From NCBI GenBank assembly GCA_019057385.1, contig JAHQJS010000006.1, positions 452,938 through 516,937 on the forward strand: DNA of 64,000 nucleotides, read 5' to 3'. Below the pieces are notes generated by a model that worked only from the letters and a program-made list of their open reading frames with translations, did no database searches and was not told where the DNA came from. This DNA comes from Candidatus Borrarchaeum weybense (GTDB lineage Archaea > Asgardarchaeota > Sifarchaeia > Borrarchaeales > Borrarchaeaceae). The translations under genes and the position numbers were made by a program. Below, in pieces: positions 57,003 through 64,000 of this stretch (positions are counted from its first letter, which is position 1; every line of letters starts with the position of its first letter).

Positions 57003-57635
57003 TCATTTTCTACCTACCGTAATCAATTTATCGACGAATTTTCCAACGTTTGGAACGCCCACGAATTCTTTCTGTCCATTTATGATCGTTGCAGGTACTC
57101 CAGTCACTTCGTATTTCATAGGTATTTCCTGATTTTGATATCCCTCTACTATATCTGAAATAACTACGCCATCGGATTCAATTGATATTTGGTTTGCCAT
57201 TAGAACTGATATTGGGCAGTGTGGACAACGTGATGTGACGATGGTTTTGACAACTATAGGTTTCTTAATCTCCTTTATTTTTGCCTTTAAATGGGCCAAT
57301 TCCGTTTGTCCGGTTGAAATCATTACGAGTGTTCTAATAAATGGAGCGAATTCGCCACCAGCCGGAATACCAGTATAGCGTACCCCACATCCTTCAATAA
57401 TAATTGTAGGCAACCATTTAACCTTGTATTTTGCTACTAACTCCTTCTGAGTGTCGAAAGATATCTCTTCATATGAGATTTTTCCATTTGAAAGTTCAGT
57501 GAGGATCTTACAGAGTTTAACAGTATCCGCAGCTGTGGGGCAGTTATTTTTTGATGTGAAAACTTTTAAAGAAATTGGTTTTTCGAGGTTATCAAATTCC
57601 TGTTTCACTATCTCTTTAACTGAATCAGACATCAT
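57003..57635 (-). CDS. Protein-disulfide oxidoreductase, Cys paralog (CPTA / CPHC)
   Basis: RYTGIPAGGEF, VTSRCPHC, GVPATIING. Confidence 0.9.
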   Translation of the reverse strand: MMSDSVKEIVKQEFDNLEKPISLKVFTSKNNCPTAADTVKLCKILTELSNGKISYEEISFDTQKELVAKYKVKWLPTIIIEGCGVRYTGIPAGGEFAPFIRTLVMISTGQTELAHLKAKIKEIKKPIVVKTIVTSRCPHCPISVLMANQISIESDGVVISDIVEGYQNQEIPMKYEVTGVPATIINGQKEFVGVPNVGKFVDKLITVGRK

Positions 57636-57869
57636 CCATTTCTCTCTCCTGCAAATTTTTTTGGGTCTGAATTATTCTTATGGCATATTTATTTAGTTTA
57701 TGTGGTGGATATGTGCATGTATATCGTAGAAATTGTTGTTCAAAGGAATTTTTAATTCTCTATTAAGATATTCTATTATAACATTGTATTATTATGTTTA
57801 AATTAAATTATCTTACAGCAGATTAAAACCTTAGAGAACATAAGAGGATGTGTCTAAGCTGAAAGATTA

Positions 57870-58667
57870 TTACATTATTCTCTTTTTATGAGAATAAACG
57901 TTCATTCTTTTTCCACGCACAAAGCAAACAAGTGTGACGCCTGTTTTTTCAGCTAATATAATACCTGAATTTATTGGGCCTGAAATGGATGCAATTATAG
58001 GAATCCCCACTCTAGCAGCTTTAAGTACCATGTCGGCAGGTTGACGACCCGTGCTCGCAAGAACTAGCTTCGAAAAATCTAAACCGTTAAGTGCAGCAAA
58101 TCCAATAACTTTGTCGATTGCATTATGTCTTCCAACATCTTCAAATATACATAACGCCTTTCCATTTGACGGATCAAATAAACCGGCTGCATGTGTTCCC
58201 CCTGTCTTTTTAAAAACCTTACATTGACTATTTAGATTTCTAATTATTTCTGTGATCTCATAAGGTGAAATTGAAGTTTTAGAAGAAACAAATATTTGCG
58301 TACGATCAAGAAGTTTTATATAATCATTTGTAGAAATGCACGCTGTTGTAGTTAACTTATGAATTGTAACTCTTCTGAAATCGCATTCTGACCTTGTCTC
58401 AATATTAATATTGTTTTCTGAGATTTCAACTCTGATAATTTCATCAGACGACTTTACAATGCCTTCTGAGAGGAGATACCCTATCCCCAACTCTTTCATA
58501 CTATCTGGTGAAGCTAAAAGCGTTATACAATGTTTCTTATTAATGATGATGTTGAATGGGGTCTCTACAGCGACATCGTCCTCTATAATGTGACTTTCAC
58601 TTAGGTGATCATTTTTGAGTTTGATACGTAAAGTCGTAACAGATGTTGTCATTTTCATTTCATTCAC
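57870..58667 (-). CDS. fdhD: Formate dehydrogenase accessory sulfurtransferase FdhD
   Basis: VAVE, GYLLSEG, TGGTHAA, EDVGRHNAIDK, TGR, CFVR. Confidence 0.9.
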   Translation of the reverse strand: MNEMKMTTSVTTLRIKLKNDHLSESHIIEDDVAVETPFNIIINKKHCITLLASPDSMKELGIGYLLSEGIVKSSDEIIRVEISENNINIETRSECDFRRVTIHKLTTTACISTNDYIKLLDRTQIFVSSKTSISPYEITEIIRNLNSQCKVFKKTGGTHAAGLFDPSNGKALCIFEDVGRHNAIDKVIGFAALNGLDFSKLVLASTGRQPADMVLKAARVGIPIIASISGPINSGIILAEKTGVTLVCFVRGKRMNVYSHKKRIM

Positions 58668-58733
58668 AACTTCAAGTTTTTAAAGCAAAATAACTTTCTT
58701 CTTTCAAAATTAACTCAAATACATAATTAGAGA

Positions 58734-59330
58734 GTGAAATTCTTGTTAAAATCATCGCTCCTCGCACAAGTGATTTCAATCATTTATTTGCCTCCACTAG
58801 TTTCACTTTGGTTATTCATTGTTTTTGCATTGTATTCACCAGCTGAAATCGGTAATCCGTCCCTATTCTTTGTTTTCGTGGGAATCACTTTTTTCACGAT
58901 CCTGCCGCTTCTAACCTTGATTTTGCTGGCAAGAGATCATGGACCCACGTTTGCTGTTCCACGCGCTTCACGAAATTTGAGCTACGCCGTTGTCTTTCTC
59001 GAATATATTGTTGGAACGTTGATCTTCTATCTTGGCAATGTAATAATCCTTTTCATTATTGGTCTAATTTACATCGCGATAATTACTGCTTTGATGGTTA
59101 TCAATCGCTTTTGGAAAATTAGTGTTCATGCTGCTGGAATTTCTGGTCCAGCTACATTCTGTTTATACATTTTTGGCCCGTTTACACTTTGGACGGTTCC
59201 GCTGCTACTGTTCGTTATTCTTGTTATATGGGCTCGTTATCAACTCAAAGCTCATACCGTTTATCAACTTGCTGGAGGCACATTATTAGCAAGCGTTATA
59301 ACTCTTATCATAGCGTATCTATCATTTTAA
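58734..59330 (+). CDS. PAP2-like membrane protein
   Basis: WKISVHAAG and WARYQLKAHT. Confidence 0.65.
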   Translation: MKFLLKSSLLAQVISIIYLPPLVSLWLFIVFALYSPAEIGNPSLFFVFVGITFFTILPLLTLILLARDHGPTFAVPRASRNLSYAVVFLEYIVGTLIFYLGNVIILFIIGLIYIAIITALMVINRFWKISVHAAGISGPATFCLYIFGPFTLWTVPLLLFVILVIWARYQLKAHTVYQLAGGTLLASVITLIIAYLSF

Positions 59331-59451
59331 TATCTGAGAAGTGCAGTTTAGTTTGTATTAATTAAAAAAAGAGAAAGGGACGTCTCCTTCGTTGATTTTG
59401 ACCAAAATACTACTCTATAGGATCTTTCATAAGAGAAAAAGTTACAATATT

Positions 59452-60060
59452 TCAAGACAGATTTTGTCTGTTTGCAGCCTTTCCAAAACTCTCCTCTACC
59501 TCATCCTCTTCAAATTTTAGTGCTTCATCCAATTCAAATTCTGTTTTTTCTGCTTTAAATTTCTCTAAATCCTTTGCTTCTTCTTTCGCGATTTCTTCCG
59601 CTATTTTTGCTGCAAGTCTATGTCTTCTTACAATCTCTCCTAATTTAGGATATTCATAAGTCATGTCAGCTTCTGATTTCAATTCTATATTCTGCTTTCG
59701 CACAAATCTCTTAACACTTTCTGAAAATCCACTTCTACTAATTAATATCAATTTCAAGTCATCAATCTCAATATTTTCATTTTTTAGAAGTCCTTTTAGT
59801 CGTTCTACTTGATAACACTGGTTAACTCCAACAACTCTCCCCCAGTCCTTTATGAGTAAAATTGCAGATGGATTATCCTTGGAGTCCTTCAGGAGTAAAA
59901 CATCGCTTTTCTTATTTGTTGTACAAAGCTTTCTCTTAATTGATGGTATCTTGTAGGGTAGCCAATGGGAAATATCGAGGGGTACGAATCCTTTTTTTTT
60001 GTAGTATTTCACAGTTAGCCATCGGAGGTTAAATAGTGTTGATTGTGCCGTTTTTCTCAC
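59452..60060 (-). CDS. Mrr-like restriction-endonuclease-fold protein (catalytically degenerate) with acidic tail
   Basis: SDVLL..LLIKDWGRVVGVN..ILISRSGFSES..NIEL. Confidence 0.55.
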   Translation of the reverse strand: MRKTAQSTLFNLRWLTVKYYKKKGFVPLDISHWLPYKIPSIKRKLCTTNKKSDVLLLKDSKDNPSAILLIKDWGRVVGVNQCYQVERLKGLLKNENIEIDDLKLILISRSGFSESVKRFVRKQNIELKSEADMTYEYPKLGEIVRRHRLAAKIAEEIAKEEAKDLEKFKAEKTEFELDEALKFEEDEVEESFGKAANRQNLS

Positions 60061-60740
60061 GCCTCCCGTATTTAGGTTGCATTTATTTATTCGATAGATC
60101 GGAATAGAATTGTATGATGGTGGATACTATCTTCGAATAGCACGGCGTAAGTATATTAGTGGGAAACACCACCATCTCATTATGCTTCGAAATGACATTG
60201 GAATTCATGCCTAATGCCATCAAACAAACTCATGTTCCAACATTAATCCCGACAAAACTAATTTATATTTGTTTTGCTATTTAAATCGGTAATTAGGTCT
60301 GTGCGAGCGCGAAAGCGCGCTTTTCGAAATTGAGCATTTATAAAGGTATTTAAAGGATATTCAAATCTTATACTTCACTATAAGGCAAATAAAACAATTT
60401 ATGCAGACATACATCCTCGGCTATATGTAATTGAGTATATTCTTCATCGTCATAATGCCGTGGATGCATTCTTCCTTAGAACTAACATTTATGATGCTTT
60501 CGAAAACTGCTCAATTTTAGTTTGAATAAGTTTTTTAGATTGAGGCTCTTTTTTTTCCTTCAAATTCCACAGCTTTTTTAGAAAAAATAGAAAAATATCT
60601 CAAGACCATTGCCCTCATGTTCTGTGATGAAGTGATAGGAGAACGCATTCAATTAGGGTGTCTCTCCATTTATTTAACTTCGCAATGTCGAAGACTATTG
60701 CTTTTTTTTGACTTATAATTATATTGAGGGGAGTCTATTT

Positions 60741-61135
60741 GTGAACTACTCCACCTAGCGGATGGAGTTTCCTGCGAGTCCTCCCAACCCTTACGGGAAA
60801 CTTTCGTTTTACGTTCGGCTGTGTGTCGCAATTCATCCTCATACAGGGATGGCCCGTCCACTTGGCATTCTGTGATAGCAACCCTTAAGGCTTCACAATC
60901 ACCCTATAACGGTTCGTCAAATTCTATTGTCCTTTTACCGTTGTGGTTACCCACGTCGGTTAGAAACTGTACGAACCTAACTCACAGGGACTCCTCTTCA
61001 GCTATCTTATCGAGAGTCTTGTATCCCTGCGTTCCTCTCGATAGTCATCTGAACATCTTCGTGCAAAAAGCTATAAAAACCTTGCGGCTTTCATCTCCCA
61101 GCTGTCGCAAGTAGACTTCCCGCCAATAAAGTTAA
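60741..61135 (-). mobile_element. Non-autonomous IS200/IS605 derivative (MITE/PATE-like) with non-coding structured interior
   Basis: Left end TTAACTT..GGCGGGAAG..GGGAGATGAAAGCCGC; right end CAGGAAACTCCATCCGCTAGGTGGAGTAGTTCAC; no transposase ORF. Confidence 0.8.
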
Positions 61136-61255
61136 AAGAGGTGACTGTGTATATTTGCTTAAAGTAAATTTGCACAATGTCGATTATTTCTACCAAAAAT
61201 CTCTTCTCAGTAACTAGCAGGGAATCACCGACACTTTTCAGGTTGAGGCATATAA

Positions 61256-62368
61256 ATGAGGCGAACTGGAATTGTAAATCTACCACTACATGGTGGTAAA
61301 GCTCCAAGATGGCTATTTAACAGAATGGTAAAGTTAGCTAAAGGGATTACTCTTTTCCTAATAGAGGAATTTGGAGGAACAGAGGAATTCATTAAAAGGA
61401 TATCGGATCCTTACTGGTTTCAAGCCCTGTCATGCGTTTTAGGTTTCGATTGGCACAGTAGCGGGACAACAACTACAACATGTGGAGCATTAAAATCAGC
61501 AATTCTTCCCGAGAGTGGGATAGCTGTTACTGGAGGAAAAGGACGATTTTCAAAGCTTACGTTATCTGAAATTGAGATGATAGGTGATATCTTTTCCTTA
61601 TCTACTCAGAAGATCGAGGAATTAAAATATGCAAGTAAACTAAGTGCAAAAGTGGATAATAACTGCATTCAGGATGAGTATCAGTTGTATCATCATTCTT
61701 TCTTTTTTACTGAAGAAGGTGATTGGGCTGTTGTTCAACAAGGGTTGAACAGTTCAAATCGTTATGCACGACGGTATCATTGGTCTTCTGGCATTATAGT
61801 TTCTTTTGTAAACGAACCTCATACCGGCATTGCATGTGATAAGGTAGAAAAACGCGTTTTGGATTTAACGGCAAAACAAAGTTCTGAGACACGACAGATA
61901 AGCCTTGATTTAATAAAAGACAACCCGAAACATTTACAGAAATATCTACACTCATCAGATCAACGACGAATTACCGATTATTCTAATGCGGTTGAAACTT
62001 ACACCATGCCATCTCGTCACCCAATTCTACTACCGATTGATTTGAATAGAAAAGACTGGGAAGTCCTGCAAACGGCTTATAATATTCAACCTAAGAATTA
62101 TGAAGAACTAGTTGCGATTAAAGGCATGGGTGCAAAGAAAATACGAGCACTTGCACTTATTTCAGATCTCATTTTCGGAACAAAAGCAAGTTGGAAAGAT
62201 CCTGTCAAATACAGTTTTGCCCATGGAGGGAAGGATGGGTACCCTTTTCCTGTAGACAAAGAAGTATATGATAATTCAATTCAAATCTTGAAAGATGCCG
62301 TTGACAATCTTGCAAGTAATAAAGAGAAATATTCCGCGGTAAAAAGGCTTGAGTCTTTTTTGAGATGA
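61256..62368 (+). CDS. DUF763-family protein
   Basis: LPLHGGKAPRWL, GFDWHSSGTTT, LYHH, VVQQG, ARRYHW, FAHGGKDG. Confidence 0.9.
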   Translation: MRRTGIVNLPLHGGKAPRWLFNRMVKLAKGITLFLIEEFGGTEEFIKRISDPYWFQALSCVLGFDWHSSGTTTTTCGALKSAILPESGIAVTGGKGRFSKLTLSEIEMIGDIFSLSTQKIEELKYASKLSAKVDNNCIQDEYQLYHHSFFFTEEGDWAVVQQGLNSSNRYARRYHWSSGIIVSFVNEPHTGIACDKVEKRVLDLTAKQSSETRQISLDLIKDNPKHLQKYLHSSDQRRITDYSNAVETYTMPSRHPILLPIDLNRKDWEVLQTAYNIQPKNYEELVAIKGMGAKKIRALALISDLIFGTKASWKDPVKYSFAHGGKDGYPFPVDKEVYDNSIQILKDAVDNLASNKEKYSAVKRLESFLR

Positions 62369-62423
62369 TTACTAAAACGTATCGAAAACACTACTTAAGA
62401 TTTATACACTGAAACGGTTTTTT

Positions 62424-63815
62424 CTAAACCCAATCTCCTGAATGAATCTTGTTTGGGAGATAGAAATTAGTCATAAATTGAATATCTTCATGTGCAAGGG
62501 CTTGAATCTCAGCTTTCACACCAGTTGAAAGCATAAGCTCAATTTCTTCTACCCATCTTGGTCTTGCTTGTACAAATTCTTCTTTAATCATGTCTTCTCC
62601 ACGTTTTTTGTCCCTAGGTGACATTGGGATACGAGCATTGTTTGGGATCCCATACTCATCGAGATCGCTTGGAAGAAGTCCCAACCATTTAATATCTGAA
62701 ACCGCCATCTCATTAGTCTCAAAAGATAATGCTTTTGATCCAATCGTATAAACTCGTAGAATGTCTAAGCCATACGGATCAGCATCCATCAACCCAAGAA
62801 CTGGTAAGTTGAGTTCTTTTCGTATTAGTTTAACAAACATTCTGGTTGCCATATCAGGTTGTCCCTTGCCTGTTATAATAATGCATGGCACATAGTCATA
62901 GAATCTGTCTTCAGCTAACCTCATAAACGCTGCTTCTTTCTCAACAACTAATATAAACTCCGCATCTGAATCCAAATTTGTTATTTGGTCGATCATGGGA
63001 GTAATTGCTTTTCCACCCACTCCCATTTTAGTGCAATCAATTAAATCTCCGCTTTCTTTGAAATTAATTCGACCAACTACTATACCCTTTGTTGACGCAA
63101 CAACATTCAACGACGCCCTCGTCACACCTAGCATAACGGCTAAATCTTCTATTAGATTGTCGCTTATTGATTGATCACGGAAAATATTCACATCGCGATA
63201 AAAAACGTCCCTTTTGGTTGTATGTAGATTCTTATTTAATTGTTCGTCAATTAACTTCATTAGGCGTGCCATTTGAGCCACAGAAAGCACTGATGACAGG
63301 CTTCTATATGCGCGAATCATCTGTTGATTTCCAAGGAGAACCATTTTTGTGTTATCATCGTATCCGATATTTTCACTTGCTCGAGATGGTATTTTAAAGG
63401 CTGCATTCTTTGGATCTTGCACAGTTTGAACAACAAAATCAGCCGCAGTTTCAATCAAACGCCTACGTGTCAATTCTGCAGGTTTATTTTCTACGATTAT
63501 GACACCGTAAGGAAAATCGGTTTCTGAGGGGAGATAAAGCTCTTTCTTTATCTGCTTAATATTTTTTAAATTTACTTTAAGTTTGATTTCTATTTCTGCA
63601 TTCTTTGGAAATTTTAATTCTGCTGGAGTTTTTTTCTCATCTAAAACTTTCTTATTGAAAAGAAAAACAAAGCGGTTTTTTTTGGGAATACTAAACTCCT
63701 CGTACAGTTTCTCTTTGATTGTGGCAAGAGGACTTTTAGAGTCAATTTTTAGAGTCGTGGTTGTATCTTTTATATCCAATTTATTTTTAATAAGCAATGA
63801 TATCATATTTGACAT
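62424..63815 (-). CDS. top6A: DNA topoisomerase VI subunit A (Spo11 family) with N-terminal ubiquitin/SUMO-like domain
   Basis: TTKRDVFY (catalytic Tyr), VVEKEA, TGKGQPD, DADPYG, KAEIQAL; extra N-terminal beta-grasp-like 80 aa. Confidence 0.92.
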   Translation of the reverse strand: MSNMISLLIKNKLDIKDTTTTLKIDSKSPLATIKEKLYEEFSIPKKNRFVFLFNKKVLDEKKTPAELKFPKNAEIEIKLKVNLKNIKQIKKELYLPSETDFPYGVIIVENKPAELTRRRLIETAADFVVQTVQDPKNAAFKIPSRASENIGYDDNTKMVLLGNQQMIRAYRSLSSVLSVAQMARLMKLIDEQLNKNLHTTKRDVFYRDVNIFRDQSISDNLIEDLAVMLGVTRASLNVVASTKGIVVGRINFKESGDLIDCTKMGVGGKAITPMIDQITNLDSDAEFILVVEKEAAFMRLAEDRFYDYVPCIIITGKGQPDMATRMFVKLIRKELNLPVLGLMDADPYGLDILRVYTIGSKALSFETNEMAVSDIKWLGLLPSDLDEYGIPNNARIPMSPRDKKRGEDMIKEEFVQARPRWVEEIELMLSTGVKAEIQALAHEDIQFMTNFYLPNKIHSGDWV

Positions 63816-63887
63816 TTTGCTTTCACGATTCCTAAAAATTATCCTTTAAAACTATCATATATTTGTATTTGATCAGGTAACAAGAGG

Positions 63888-64000
63888 TTAACGGGAAGTT
63901 TTTCTCTTATTTTTGGTTTTCTTGGTAGTTGTTTTTTTACCAGTTGTTTTCTTGGTAGTTGTTTTTTTACCAGTTGTTTTCTTGGTAGTTGTTTTTTTAC
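63888..64000 (-). CDS. 3' end of upstream gene (possibly top6B) with Lys/Thr-rich repeat tail
   Basis: (KKTTTKKTTG)2-KKTTTKKTKNKRKTSR-stop; identity inferred from position only. Confidence 0.5.
   Translation of the reverse strand, partial: KKTTTKKTTGKKTTTKKTTGKKTTTKKTKNKRKTSR
63916..64000. repeat. 30-bp perfect tandem repeat (at least 2.8 copies, runs off window)
   Basis: Unit CAGTTGTTTTCTTGGTAGTTGTTTTTTTAC. Confidence 0.9.

Noticed and set aside
60670-61307. Track ORFs 60670-, 60821+ and 61071-
   Set aside because: Lie within or across the non-coding IS derivative; no transposase or TnpB motifs.
423-63849. Numerous antisense or alternate-frame ORFs inside long genes (e.g. 423-884, 9085-9510, 16801-17181, 46229-46675)
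   Set aside because: Fully overlap well-supported genes and have the Ser/Ile/Phe-rich composition typical of shadow ORFs.
63916-64000. Tandem repeat as a CRISPR array
   Set aside because: No spacers; unit is a multiple of 3 and encodes a Lys/Thr tail. No CRISPR array or cas gene is seen anywhere in the window.

Overview
AT-rich archaeal chromosomal segment, most consistent with an Asgard archaeon (inferred from tandem roadblock genes, TPR/HEAT/WD40 scaffold proteins, TopoVI-A, HdrABC modules and eukaryote-like SECIS elements). It is mostly housekeeping and anaerobic metabolism: corrinoid methyltransferase pair, polyprenyl synthase, mevalonate kinase, malic enzyme, fumarase, two Hdr clusters (one with a fumarate-reductase-type flavoprotein), double-cubane protein with activase, Nth and FdhD. 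The ORF track hides a selenocysteine recoding system. It comprises a tRNA-Sec (anticodon UCA, 9/4 fold) with a perfect bulge-helix-bulge (BHB) intron in its T-loop, plus two UGA-interrupted genes: a UxxC protein-disulfide oxidoreductase (PDO) and a HesB/CC-Se-like protein. Each is followed by a eukaryote-type AUGA..AAA..GA SECIS. The PDO also carries a 36-nt in-frame insert right before its Sec codon that folds into a relaxed BHB; canonical BHB cleavage would restore the active site VTPT-U-PFC exactly, making it a candidate spliced mRNA intron. Other highlights are a SUMO/ubiquitin-like domain fused to TopoVI-A, a pseudo-UppP/HEAT fusion, several genes that appear to need CTG/ATA/ATT starts, and an intact TnpB element with non-autonomous IS200/IS605 derivatives. 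All family calls are from motif recognition by eye; no database search was run.
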